Assembly (NCBI GenBank): GCA_052326305.1
Contig: JBKQPJ010000015.1
Coordinates: 35,208 to 99,207, forward strand
From: Thermoplasmata archaeon
Lineage (GTDB): Archaea; Thermoplasmatota; Thermoplasmata; Lutacidiplasmatales; UBA184
Length of the DNA: 64,000 nt
Reading direction: 5' to 3'
Of the stretch, positions 1-9,689 are shown piece by piece. A model generated the notes under the pieces. That model saw only the letters and a list, made by a program, of their open reading frames with translations, searched no databases and was not told where the DNA came from. Position 1 is the first letter of the stretch. Every line of letters starts with the position of its first letter. The translations under genes and the position numbers were made by a program.

Positions 1-251
1 CCGATATCCGTCCCGGTCGACTCCTTCCATCGGGAGAAGATGTCGAGGCTCTGCTGACAGAGCCGGATCTTCGCCGGATCGGAGTGGGTCGCCCGCACGC
101 CCCCGATCGCGGCCTTGTTCTGCCCCTGCCCGGAGGACGGCCGCTCGTCGAGGACGAGGGTCCTAAGCCCCTCGCGCGCGAGGAAGTACGCCGTCGGGTT
201 GCCGACCGACCCCGCCCCGATGACGACGGCGTCAAACTCCGGACGCGCCAT
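1..251 (-). CDS. FAD-dependent oxidoreductase, sarcosine oxidase/dye-linked proline dehydrogenase beta-subunit-like (runs off window edge)
   Basis: Manual translation from ATG at 251: MARPEFDAVVIGAGSVGNPTAYFLAREGLRTLVLDERPSSGQGQNKAAIGGVRA; GxGxxG FAD motif; overlaps stop of upstream alpha-like gene; not in ORF track. Confidence 0.85.
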   Translation of the reverse strand, partial: MARPEFDAVVIGAGSVGNPTAYFLAREGLRTLVLDERPSSGQGQNKAAIGGVRATHSDPAKIRLCQQSLDIFSRWKESTGTDI

Positions 252-2325
252 CGTCCACCGCCAGGAACGCCGCGATCGGGACCTCCTGGGTGAACGGGCG
301 GTGCACGGGCGGGGTCACCGTCCGGGCGTCCACCCCGAGCTCCCGGAAGACCCGCAGGATCAGCTCTTCGCAGGTCTTCCCACCGCACGGTCCCATTCCG
401 CTGCGGAGCCCCGCCTTCACGGCGTTCAGGTCCCGCGTCCCGGTCGTTTGAATGTAGTCGACGATCGTCTCCCGGGTGACGCGCTCGCACCGACAGATGA
501 CGGTCTCGGGCGGGATCGTCCCCGGGGCCTCGACGGAACGGACCAGCGGCTCCGGCTCGCGCATCCGGACGCCGGCCACGCGGTCCGCTTCCCCCACGGG
601 AACCTCGAGGACCATCATCCGGCGCTTGTGGAGGGCCTTCCCCGAGAGGATCCGGATCACCTTCCCGAAGCCGACCGGCTCCCCCTCGAAACCGGTGGTC
701 GGGACCGTCTGGCCGGCTTCGACCAGCCCCTCGGGCATCTCCCAGGGGATCGTCACCTTCGCCTGACCCGCCGTGCGGTCGTACCGGCGGTCGACCATGC
801 TGATCGCGAGGCCGGGGCAGATCGCGACGCACTTCAGGCAGCCCACGCAGTCCCCCACGAGCTTCGGGCGCCCGAGGATGTTCCCCTCCGGGATGACGAT
901 GCTATCCTCGGGGCAGACGGTCGTGCAGGGGTTGCAGGGGATCTCCTGGGCGCAGCGGATCACCGGGTAGACCTTCATCTCCGAGGGCACGGGATACGTT
1001 CCGAGCACCGGTCCCGGATGCGAGGCGAGCAGCGTGCCCATGGTGCGCCAGGCCTCCGGAATATCGGCCGGGAGGCCGAGGTCCTGTAGGATCGTGCGCG
1101 CCACGATCTTCCCGGAGAAGATCGCCGCCGACGCTTCCGCGATCTCGTGCGTGTCCCCCGCCGCGTAGGCCCGCAGGCCGAGCCGCTGAGCCTCCTCGAA
1201 CAGCTCCTTCACGGGAGAGAGTCCCACCGCGACGAGCACGGTATCGACCTCGAAGACGACCTCCGTGCCCGCGATCGGATGGAACTTCTCGTCGACGCGG
1301 GCGGCGATCACCCGTTCCACCTGGTCCCTTCCCTCGGCGCGCAGCACCGTGCACGAGGTGTACACGGGCACGCCCAGGCGGAGGATCTTGTCCCGATGCA
1401 CCCTGTATCCCCCGACCTGGGGCAGGATCTCCACCAGCGCGACGACGTCGATCCCCGCCTGTAGCGCCTGGTAGGCGACGATGAGGCCGACGTTCCCCCC
1501 TCCGATGATGAGCAGTCGCCGGGACGGCCGGATCAGGTCCCGGTTGACGAGCGTCTGGAAGGCGCCCCCGCCGTAGACCCCGGGGAGGTCCGCGCCCGGG
1601 AACGCCAGCGCCTTCTCGCGGGCGCCGGCCGCCACCAGGAGCGCCTTCGGCTTGACCACGGTGAAGCGGCCTTGCTTCACGACGCCGACCACGCCGTCCT
1701 GGAAGACGCCGACGACCGGCGAGTCGGTCCACACATCGACCTGGGGCTGGGCCCGGACCTGCTCCTCGAGCAACTGTCCGATCGCCGTGCCCCGGTGGCC
1801 AGCGTAGCAGTCCTCGACCGATCCGAAGAAGTTGTGCGTCTGCAGGCTCAGCTTGCCGCCGAGCGACGGCTTGTCGTCGCACAGGGTGACCGCGACGCCG
1901 TGCGAGGCCAGTTCGACGGCCGCGGTCAGGCCGGCCGGTCCGCCCCCGACGATCAGGACGTCGGTCTCGACCTGCCGGATCCGGGGGATCGCGTCGATCG
2001 GGACGTCGTCCGCTTCGAGCTCGGGATCCCCGGCGAGGGAGACGACGCGCATGCCGGGCCGGACCGGGGTGATGCAGGCCTTGACGGCGCGGCCGTCGGC
2101 GACGACGAGGCACTGGGAGCACTGTCCGTTGGCACAGAAGATCCCCTGCGGCGCGCCGTCCCGGGCGTGGCGACCGATGACGCGGATCCCGTTCGCGAAG
2201 AGCGCCGAGGAGATCACCTCGGACCTGCGCGCCGGCAGGACCTGCCCGTCGAAGGTGAACTCCACCATCTCGGGGTGGGGGGGAACCTCCAGGATCGGAT
2301 GTTGAACGAGCCGGTCCGACGCCAT
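232..2325 (-). CDS. Multidomain Fe-S flavoprotein (2Fe-2S + pyridine nucleotide-disulfide oxidoreductase + 4Fe-4S ferredoxin + BFD-like), proline dehydrogenase/sarcosine oxidase alpha-like
   Basis: FCANGQCSQC, GGGPAG, GGGNVG, CNPCTTVCP/CVGCLKCVAICP, CRCE..GPCGGKTC; start moved to MASDRL (2325). Confidence 0.85.
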   Translation of the reverse strand: MASDRLVQHPILEVPPHPEMVEFTFDGQVLPARRSEVISSALFANGIRVIGRHARDGAPQGIFCANGQCSQCLVVADGRAVKACITPVRPGMRVVSLAGDPELEADDVPIDAIPRIRQVETDVLIVGGGPAGLTAAVELASHGVAVTLCDDKPSLGGKLSLQTHNFFGSVEDCYAGHRGTAIGQLLEEQVRAQPQVDVWTDSPVVGVFQDGVVGVVKQGRFTVVKPKALLVAAGAREKALAFPGADLPGVYGGGAFQTLVNRDLIRPSRRLLIIGGGNVGLIVAYQALQAGIDVVALVEILPQVGGYRVHRDKILRLGVPVYTSCTVLRAEGRDQVERVIAARVDEKFHPIAGTEVVFEVDTVLVAVGLSPVKELFEEAQRLGLRAYAAGDTHEIAEASAAIFSGKIVARTILQDLGLPADIPEAWRTMGTLLASHPGPVLGTYPVPSEMKVYPVIRCAQEIPCNPCTTVCPEDSIVIPEGNILGRPKLVGDCVGCLKCVAICPGLAISMVDRRYDRTAGQAKVTIPWEMPEGLVEAGQTVPTTGFEGEPVGFGKVIRILSGKALHKRRMMVLEVPVGEADRVAGVRMREPEPLVRSVEAPGTIPPETVICRCERVTRETIVDYIQTTGTRDLNAVKAGLRSGMGPCGGKTCEELILRVFRELGVDARTVTPPVHRPFTQEVPIAAFLAVDDGASGV

Positions 2326-2426
2326 CGCGGCCCTCTGCGTGGGTTTCAGGCGGAGCGGGCGTCTTAAATGCCGTATCAAGGCGACTTGACGGTAGCGTTA
2401 CCCTCGCACCGGCGCTGGCGCCGACC

Positions 2427-4046
2427 ATGAGCTGGAATATCGAGCGCCCGGTCAACGACGTCAACACCATCCGTGCCTACGCGACCGGTTCCGCCGACCG
2501 TCGGAAGCTCGAGGAGGAGCTCTCCGCCATGCGCCGGGCCAGCGTGGAAGTCCCGCTCGTCATCGGCGGCAAGGAGCTCCGCACGGGTACCGTCCTCGAG
2601 GTCCCGTGTCCCGACGACCACGGGGTGGTCCTCGCCCGGGCCCACCTCGCGGGGCCGGACGAGCTGCGTCGGGCGGCCGAGAGCGCGCTGGCCGCGCACG
2701 ACGCCTGGGCCCGGATGAACTGGTATCATCGGGCCGCGGTCTTCGTGAAGGCGGCGACGCTGCTCGCGGGCCCGCGTCGGACCCGGAACATCGCGGCGAT
2801 CATGCTCAATCACTCGAAGAACCCGTACGAGGCGGAGATCGATCTCGCCGAGCTCGTGGACTTCTGGAACTTCAACGCCTACTTCGCCCGGCAGATCTAC
2901 GAGATCCAGCCGAACCAGTACCCGGGGGAGACCAACCGGTTCGACTGGCGCCCGCTCGAGGGGTTCGTCCTCGCCATCCCGCCGTTCAACTTCTACTCGA
3001 TCGCGGGCAACCTGCCGACGGCGCCCGCCCTGGTCGGGAACGTGGCCCTGTGGAAGCCGGCGCGCTCGGTGATCCTGTCGAACTACGAGATCTTCAAGGT
3101 CCTCGTCGAGGCGGGTCTGCCGGCCGGGGTCATCAACTTCGTACCGTTCTCGAGCAAGGACGCGAACGTCCTCCTCGACCATCCCGACCTCGCCGGCATC
3201 CACTTCACCGGGAGCTACGACACCCTCGTGCACGTCTGGAAGCGGGTCGGGGCGAACCTCGAGAAGTACCGCAACTTCCCCCGGATCGTGGGGGAGACCG
3301 GCGGCAAGGACTTCATCTTCATGCACCCGTCGGCCGATGTCCGGGGCACCGCGATCAACCTCCTGCGCGGGGCGTTCGAGTACCAGGGCCAGAAGTGCTC
3401 GGCCTGCTCCCGCGCCTACATTCCCGCGAGCCGGTGGCCGGAAGTGGAGCGGATCCTGCGCGAGGAGGTCCCGAAGATCCCGGCCGGCCCGGTGCACGAC
3501 CTCGGCAACCTGATGGGCGCGGTGATTGACGAAGCGGCGTTCACCAGCATCCAGCGCTACCTCGACTTCGCCCACGCGCATTCCCAGGACTACGCGTTCG
3601 TCGTCGACGGCGGGACCGACCGCTCGAAGGGCTGGTTCGTACGCCCCACCGTGATCCGGTCGATGGACCCGCGCGGGAAGCTGATGTCCGAGGAGATCTT
3701 CGGACCGGTGCTGACGCTCTACGTCTACCCCGACGAGAAGTTCGAGGAGACCCTCACGCTCTGCGATACCACCTCCCCCTACGCCCTGACGGGCGCCGTC
3801 TTCGCCCGGGACACCGGGGCGGTGGCCCGGGCCGAGGAGGCGTTGCGCTGGAGCGCGGGGAACTTCTACATCAACGACAAGCCGACCGGGGCGATCGTCG
3901 CGCGCCAGCCGTTCGGAGGAGCCCGACGCTCGGGCACCAACGACAAGGCCGGCTCGATCCTCAACCTCTTGCGCTGGGTGACCCCGCGGAACATCAAGGA
4001 GACCGCGGTGCTGCCGGACGACTGGCGTCGCCCGTTCATGAGCTGA
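2427..4046 (+). CDS. pruA: L-glutamate gamma-semialdehyde (P5C) dehydrogenase
   Basis: ALDH motifs PFNF, FTGS, GETGGK, FEYQGQKCSACSR, EEIFGP, NFYINDKPTGA..QPFGG..SGTNDKAG. Confidence 0.92.
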   Translation: MSWNIERPVNDVNTIRAYATGSADRRKLEEELSAMRRASVEVPLVIGGKELRTGTVLEVPCPDDHGVVLARAHLAGPDELRRAAESALAAHDAWARMNWYHRAAVFVKAATLLAGPRRTRNIAAIMLNHSKNPYEAEIDLAELVDFWNFNAYFARQIYEIQPNQYPGETNRFDWRPLEGFVLAIPPFNFYSIAGNLPTAPALVGNVALWKPARSVILSNYEIFKVLVEAGLPAGVINFVPFSSKDANVLLDHPDLAGIHFTGSYDTLVHVWKRVGANLEKYRNFPRIVGETGGKDFIFMHPSADVRGTAINLLRGAFEYQGQKCSACSRAYIPASRWPEVERILREEVPKIPAGPVHDLGNLMGAVIDEAAFTSIQRYLDFAHAHSQDYAFVVDGGTDRSKGWFVRPTVIRSMDPRGKLMSEEIFGPVLTLYVYPDEKFEETLTLCDTTSPYALTGAVFARDTGAVARAEEALRWSAGNFYINDKPTGAIVARQPFGGARRSGTNDKAGSILNLLRWVTPRNIKETAVLPDDWRRPFMS

Positions 4047-4141
4047 TGGCGCGCCCCGCCGGGCGAGCGGGCCCGCGCCCCCGGGTCCGCCCGGCCGCCG
4101 TCGGGACCAACGTAAATAGCCGACGGCCGTCCGACCGCGCG

Positions 4142-4429
4142 ATGCCACCCGCGGGCCGCCGCTCCTCTCGGCCGGAGCACCGGCCACCGCCCCGTCCCGT
4201 CGTGCAGGTCCCCGTGCGGCCCGCGGGGGTCGACCTCGGAGAGGAGCCGCACGCGCACATCGTCTGCCGCGTCTGCGGACGCATCCAGGGCCTCGAGCTG
4301 AACGAGCTCGACCGCCACCTCCTGACCGAGCTCGCGGCGCTCCACCCCGACGGTTGGAGCGTCGATCGGATCGCCTTCTCGCTCACCGGCGCGTGCCGCC
4401 GGTGCCGCGAGGGTCCCCCCGTCCGCTGA
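4142..4429 (+). CDS. Fur-family C-terminal metal-binding/dimerisation domain protein (no DNA-binding domain)
   Basis: HAHIVCRVCGRI...GACRRC; TATA-like GTAAATA near 4112; start uncertain. Confidence 0.65.
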   Translation: MPPAGRRSSRPEHRPPPRPVVQVPVRPAGVDLGEEPHAHIVCRVCGRIQGLELNELDRHLLTELAALHPDGWSVDRIAFSLTGACRRCREGPPVR

Positions 4430-4442
4430 GATCCGACCCGGG

Positions 4443-5609
4443 ATGACCGCGTACTTCACCGGTCCGGCCGTCGCCTGGGGCCCCGGCGCGGTCGAGCAGC
4501 TGAGCGGGCTCGGCCTCCGCCGGGCGTTCGTCCTCGTCGACCCGGCGGTCGCTCGCGTCGACGGCGCCCGCCGCGTGCTCGAGGAGCTCGAGAAGATCGG
4601 CGCCGCCGTCGAGACCTCCACCGACGCCGTCGATCCGGACCACGTGCCGTCCCTGAACCTCCTGCGGGAGAGCGTGCGGCAGCTCGACCCCGACGGGATC
4701 GTGGCGGTCGGGGGCGGCCGGACGATCGACGCCGCGAAGGGCGTCCGGCTCGCCTTCGAATGTCCGGAGCTCTCGCTCGATGAAACCCCGGCGCTGCTTC
4801 CGCTCCCGGAGCGCCCGAGGTCGCAGCTGGTCGCCATCCCGACCACGAGCGGCAGCGGGGCGGAGGCGAGCTGGACCGCCGACCTCGTCAGGTCGGACGG
4901 GACGCTCCTCGAGATCTCCGACCGACGGCTCGTTCCCGACTGGGCGCTCGTCGACCCGACGTTCGCCTCGTCGACCCCTCCCTCCGAGATCGTTCCGCAA
5001 GCGCTCGAGGTCGCGGCCCTGGCCGCCGAGGCGTATCTGTCGGCCTGGTCGAACCCGTTCTCGGACGCGCTCGCCCTCGACGCCGTCGCGACCGTCGTCC
5101 GCCGGCTTCCGCACGCGGTCAAGTGGAGCGACGACCCGGACGCGCGCTCGGCGGTCCACTACGCGGCCACCGGCGCCGGCCTCGCCGCGTCGAACGCGCA
5201 GCGCGGGATCGCCCACGCCCTCGCGCGGGCCCTCGTCACCCCGACCGGGCTCGCCTACGCGACGCTCGTCGGGATCCTCCTTCCGTACGCCCTGGAGTTC
5301 GACCGGCCCGCCGCGCGCGACCGCGTCGAGATCCTCGCGCGGGCGGCGGCCTCCCCCGACGACCGGGCCGCGACCCCGCTCTCGGGCCGTCTCCGGAAGC
5401 TCTACGAGACCCTTCGGTTCCCGGCGAGCCTTCCCGCGGCCGGAGTTCCGGCCGAGCGACTCGCGAGCGCCCGGAAGGCCGTGATCGACGCCACGCTCCG
5501 GTCGCCGGCGATCCTCGCCAACCCCCGGGTCCCGAGCGCCGCGGACGTCGCGGCGCTGCTCGACGCGGTCTCGGGACAGGCCCCGGAACGCGGACCGACG
5601 ACGCCCTAG
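4443..5609 (+). CDS. Iron-containing alcohol dehydrogenase family protein (metal ligands degenerate)
   Basis: GGGRTIDAAK, IPTTSGSGAE, ALVDP, NPFSD, LANPR. Confidence 0.85.
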   Translation: MTAYFTGPAVAWGPGAVEQLSGLGLRRAFVLVDPAVARVDGARRVLEELEKIGAAVETSTDAVDPDHVPSLNLLRESVRQLDPDGIVAVGGGRTIDAAKGVRLAFECPELSLDETPALLPLPERPRSQLVAIPTTSGSGAEASWTADLVRSDGTLLEISDRRLVPDWALVDPTFASSTPPSEIVPQALEVAALAAEAYLSAWSNPFSDALALDAVATVVRRLPHAVKWSDDPDARSAVHYAATGAGLAASNAQRGIAHALARALVTPTGLAYATLVGILLPYALEFDRPAARDRVEILARAAASPDDRAATPLSGRLRKLYETLRFPASLPAAGVPAERLASARKAVIDATLRSPAILANPRVPSAADVAALLDAVSGQAPERGPTTP

Positions 5610-6685
5610 GCCGCGGGACCCGCGGCGCCCCGACCGGTCCCCGACGGCGCCTCCGTCGGCCGGACGGGCGACTCGACGGCGCGGTTGATCGCGATCTCGG
5701 CGAGGTCGCTGGCATAGAACGCGGCCCGCTCGAGGCTCTCGAGCACGTAGGCGAGCCCCACGGCGAGCCGGCCGCGCTTCGACGTGATCTCGTGCAGGAT
5801 CTGGCCGCGCTCTTTCGCCAGCTGCTCCGCCGCGTCGATCACGGCGTTCGCCTTCTCGATGTTCCGGCTGTCGAGGCTCTCGAGGGCATCGACGAGGCCG
5901 CTCGCGGCGCGGGCGGCCATCCGCTCGAGCGACTCGACGATCCGCGGCGGCAGCGTCTCCTTCCCGATGATCTCGACCGTCTCGGCGATGCGGACCGCGT
6001 GGTCCGCGATCCGCTCGAGGACGCGGGAGGCGAGCATGTACGTCGAGCACTCGGGCAGCGTCAGGTCGAGCGTGGCCAGCATCCGGGCATCCCGGAGCGC
6101 GCTGATCACCTGCTTCTCGAGGAACCAGTGGAGCCGGTCGACCTCCCAGTCCCGCTCGATCACGTCGCGCGCGATCGACGCGTCGCCGTCGCGCAGCGCG
6201 GTCATCGCATCGGCCTGCATCGCGCGGACCATCTGGTGCATCCGGCGCACGATCGACGGGATCGGCAGCGGGTTCGCGCCCACGACGTCCTGCAGGACCA
6301 CCGACTCGGCGGTCTCCTCCAGGATCTCAGGGCCGATCATCCGCTGGGCGAAGCTCCGCACCACTTCCCGGGTGCGCGCGTTCATCCGCGCCGGCGTCCG
6401 CACCTCGAGGAGCGGGTGCCCGGCGATGTACTCCGCGATCAGGCGCCGGAAGAGGTGCTCCCGGTCCATGTCGTTGGTGACCTCGACCACGCGGCGCTCC
6501 CCTTCGGGAGCGCTCGACGCCTCGGGGAAGACGGTCAGCGACCCGTCGGCGCGCGGGGTGAAGAAGAGGATGTCCCCGGGGCCGAGCCCCCGGGTGACGA
6601 CCCAGTTCTTCGGCAGGGAGATGATGTAGGTCGAGCCCCCGGTCTTCTGGATCCGACGCCCGTGGAATCCCCCGCTCGTTCGCAT
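5606..6685 (-). CDS. phoU: AbrB-PhoU phosphate uptake regulator
   Basis: RRIQKTGGSTYIISLPKNWV N-terminal AbrB domain; PhoU repeats (EVDRLHW, LERIADHA, LESLERAA); start at MRTSGG. Confidence 0.88.
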   Translation of the reverse strand: MRTSGGFHGRRIQKTGGSTYIISLPKNWVVTRGLGPGDILFFTPRADGSLTVFPEASSAPEGERRVVEVTNDMDREHLFRRLIAEYIAGHPLLEVRTPARMNARTREVVRSFAQRMIGPEILEETAESVVLQDVVGANPLPIPSIVRRMHQMVRAMQADAMTALRDGDASIARDVIERDWEVDRLHWFLEKQVISALRDARMLATLDLTLPECSTYMLASRVLERIADHAVRIAETVEIIGKETLPPRIVESLERMAARAASGLVDALESLDSRNIEKANAVIDAAEQLAKERGQILHEITSKRGRLAVGLAYVLESLERAAFYASDLAEIAINRAVESPVRPTEAPSGTGRGAAGPAA

Positions 6686-6812
6686 GGACCGGCCCCGGTC
6701 GGACCGAATGTACTCTATATAGCTTGGGTCGCGCCGGCGGAGCGGCCGACCCGCCGCGCCGGCCGGGCCCGAGCGTAAATACGTACGGCGGGGCTCCCGG
6801 ACCGAACGGACC

Positions 6813-8477
6813 ATGGTCTCGCCCGGCGTACGGCGGTTTCGTCACGTTGAGCGCGACCGGGAGGCGCTCGCCGGCGACACCCTGCTCGAGGCCCTGGCGC
6901 GGCAGGGCTTACCGAACCTCACCCGTTCGGTCCGATACCATCGCCCCCGCGGTCCGTTCTGCGGGACGGGCGACTGCACCGGCTGCCTCGCCCGGGTGAA
7001 CGGCCGCCCGAACGTGCGGGCGTGCCGCCACGTGGTGGCGGACGGCGACCTCGTTGACCGGGGGAACGCGTGGCCGACCCCGGGACTCGACTTCCTCGGG
7101 GCGGTCGACTTCCTCTTCCCGAGCGGGATCGACACGCTCCGCGGGTTTCGGCGGCCGACCTGGGCCCGCAACGTCTACCACTGGGTCAATCGTCGGCTCG
7201 CGGGATACGGGGCGGCCCCGGCACCCGGGGCGGCGGAGCCCCTCCGCGCGCCCCCTCGCACGTTCGACGTCGAGGCCGCGGTCGTCGGCGGGGGAGCCGC
7301 CGGGGCGGCCGCCGCGGCCCGGCTCGCGGGCCGCGGGCTCCGCCCGCTCCTCCTCGACCGTCGGAGCGACCTCCCCCCGGTACCCGGCGTCGAGATGCTG
7401 CTCCGCACCACCGTCACCTTCGTGCCGCCCCCCGATCCGGGCGCCGCCCGCCCGTTCACCGTCCTCGCCTTCGAAGAGCCCGGGCGGGGGGTCCGGGTCC
7501 GGTGCCGGGCGCTCGTCGTGGCGGCCGGGAGCTACGACGCCCAGCTCTTGTTCGGGGGCAACGACCGGCCCGGCATCGTCGCCGCGGATCTCGCGCTCCA
7601 GATGGCCCGGCCGGGTCGATCCTCGCCGCTTCGTCGGGCGGTCGTGGTCGGCGGAGGATCGCGGGCGGGCGAGGTCCTCGACCGGCTCGGCCGGACGGTC
7701 TGCGCGGTCGTTTCGCCGACCGACATCGGGCCGGAGGTCACCCGACGCGCCTCCGAACTCGGGGTCCCCCTCTATCCCCGGTCGCTCGTGCTCCACGCCG
7801 AGGGACGTTCGCGGGTCCGCTCGCTCCGGCTCCGGGGCCGCAGTCGCGGGCCCGGCTTCTCGATCGCGTGCGACTCGGTCGTCCTCGCCCACCGCCGCCT
7901 CCCCCTCGGCCAGTTGCTCTTCCAGGCCGGCGCCGCGCTCGCCTGGCGGCCGGATCCCGGGGCGTACTTCCCCCGCGTCACCGCCGGAGGAGCGACGACC
8001 GTTCCCGGACTCTTCGTCGCGGGCTCCGGCGCGGGGTTCGGCCGGGAGGAATCCGGGGCGAGCGGCGAGCGAGCGGCCGAGTCGCTCGTCGGCGGCGCGG
8101 CCCCGGCCCTTCCCTCGACGGACCCCCCGTCGTCGGAGGCCGGCCCCCTCGAGGGGTACTATCGGGAGCTGCTCCGCGAACCCCGGAGGGGCAAGTGGAT
8201 CGCCTGCGCCTGCGAGGATATCCTCCTCGAAGAGATCGAGAGCGCGGAGAAGCGGGGATACTCCGGCATCGAGGTCATCAAACGGTACACCGGGACCGGG
8301 AGCGGCCTCTGCCAGGGCCGGTACTGCCTGCCCGACGCGTTGCTGCTCCTCTCCATCCTCGAGGGTCGGCCTCCGCCCGAGGTCGGCTACATCACCCAGC
8401 GTCCCCCGGCGGTCCCGATGCCGCTGGCGGCCCTCGCCGCCCTCTCGGAAGGGTTCCCCGCCGAGGGGGCCGGATGA
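6813..8477 (+). CDS. Sarcosine oxidase/proline dehydrogenase alpha-subunit-like Fe-S flavoprotein
   Basis: RSVRYHRPRGPFCGTGDCTGC, GGGAAG, FGGNDRPG, CACED..KRYTGTGSGLCQGRYC, TQRPP. Confidence 0.8.
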   Translation: MVSPGVRRFRHVERDREALAGDTLLEALARQGLPNLTRSVRYHRPRGPFCGTGDCTGCLARVNGRPNVRACRHVVADGDLVDRGNAWPTPGLDFLGAVDFLFPSGIDTLRGFRRPTWARNVYHWVNRRLAGYGAAPAPGAAEPLRAPPRTFDVEAAVVGGGAAGAAAAARLAGRGLRPLLLDRRSDLPPVPGVEMLLRTTVTFVPPPDPGAARPFTVLAFEEPGRGVRVRCRALVVAAGSYDAQLLFGGNDRPGIVAADLALQMARPGRSSPLRRAVVVGGGSRAGEVLDRLGRTVCAVVSPTDIGPEVTRRASELGVPLYPRSLVLHAEGRSRVRSLRLRGRSRGPGFSIACDSVVLAHRRLPLGQLLFQAGAALAWRPDPGAYFPRVTAGGATTVPGLFVAGSGAGFGREESGASGERAAESLVGGAAPALPSTDPPSSEAGPLEGYYRELLREPRRGKWIACACEDILLEEIESAEKRGYSGIEVIKRYTGTGSGLCQGRYCLPDALLLLSILEGRPPPEVGYITQRPPAVPMPLAALAALSEGFPAEGAG

Positions 8478-9637
8478 CGCTCGCCCGCGACCGGTACCGG
8501 ACCGTGGTCGTCGGGGCCGGCATCGTCGGCCTGTTCACCGCCTATCGGCTGGCCCGCGCCGGTGCCGGACCGATCCTGGTCGTCGACCGCGGGTTCCTTT
8601 CGAGCGGCGCCTCCGGACGCAACGGCGGAGGCGTCCGGCAACAGTGGGAGACCCGGTCGACGGTGCGTCTGGCCCGCGAGAGCGTCCGGGACTACCGGGC
8701 CTTCGGACTCGAGTTCGGATACAACCTCTGGTTCCGCCAGGGCGGCTACCTGTTCCTCGCGGAGAGCCCCTCCGAGCTCGCCCGCCTCGGAGCGGTCCAC
8801 GACCTCGTACGGTCCGAGGGGCTCCCCAGCCGGCTCCTCGACCCGGAGGGAGTGGCACGGCTCGTCCCCGGGATGGCCCCGGGCGCGGTCGTCGGGGGCT
8901 CGTACCTCGGCTCGGATGGGACGCTGTACCCGTTCCCGGCGGTCTGGGGCGTCTTTGACGCGGACCGCTCCCTCGGGGTGGAGGTCGCGCTGCGCGTCGA
9001 GGCCCTCGGCGTGACGGCGCGCGACGGGAAGGTCGCGGCCGTCACCACCTCGAAGGGCACGGTAGCGACCGAGTCGGTCGTCAACGCCGCGGGCGGATGG
9101 TCCGGCGACTTCTCCCGTCGGGTCGGCCTCGACGTCCCGAACGTGGCGACCCGACACGAGATCCTGGCGACCGAACCGATGAAGACGTTCCTCGACCCGA
9201 TGGTGGTGCGGCCCCGGGACGGCCTCTACTTCAGCCAGACGCTGCGCGGAGAGCTCGTGGGCGGGCTGACGGTCCCCCATGCGACCGGAACGGCGCGGGG
9301 GGTCCCGAGCTCCCCCCGCTTCCTCACGACGATGGCGCGCGCCCTGGTCGGCCTGATCCCGCGGCTGGGGGCCCTCAACGTGCTCCGGGCCTGGACCGGG
9401 TTCTACGACGATACTCCCGATGGGTTCCCGGTGATCGGGGCGGACCCCCGCCTCCCCGGGTTCGTGCACGCGAACGGGTTCGGCGGCCACGGGTTCATGA
9501 TCGCTCCGGCGGCGAGCCGCCGGGTCGCCGCGGCCGTCCTCGGCGAACCGGTCGACCTCGACCCCGCGGAGTGCGCGCCGTCCCGGTTCCTTGGCTCCGC
9601 CGGCGAACGGCGCGTCGAGCGGCTGCAGCTCGGCTGA
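8474..9637 (+). CDS. FAD-dependent oxidoreductase, sarcosine oxidase/proline dehydrogenase beta-like
   Basis: ATGA overlap with upstream gene; GAGIVG, GASGRNGGGVR, RAWTGFYDDTPD, GFGGHGFMIAP. Confidence 0.88.
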   Translation: MTLARDRYRTVVVGAGIVGLFTAYRLARAGAGPILVVDRGFLSSGASGRNGGGVRQQWETRSTVRLARESVRDYRAFGLEFGYNLWFRQGGYLFLAESPSELARLGAVHDLVRSEGLPSRLLDPEGVARLVPGMAPGAVVGGSYLGSDGTLYPFPAVWGVFDADRSLGVEVALRVEALGVTARDGKVAAVTTSKGTVATESVVNAAGGWSGDFSRRVGLDVPNVATRHEILATEPMKTFLDPMVVRPRDGLYFSQTLRGELVGGLTVPHATGTARGVPSSPRFLTTMARALVGLIPRLGALNVLRAWTGFYDDTPDGFPVIGADPRLPGFVHANGFGGHGFMIAPAASRRVAAAVLGEPVDLDPAECAPSRFLGSAGERRVERLQLG

Positions 9638-9689
9638 TCCGAGCGGCCCGCCCGCCACCGTATTGACCCCGTCGCCCGGTCCGGTCCCC

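Noticed and set aside
2376..4187. Many long overlapping or antisense ORFs here and throughout (e.g. 13396-16815, 14231-17107, 22278-24575)
   Set aside because: Arg/Pro/Gly-rich shadow frames caused by high GC; each overlaps a gene with recognisable motifs.
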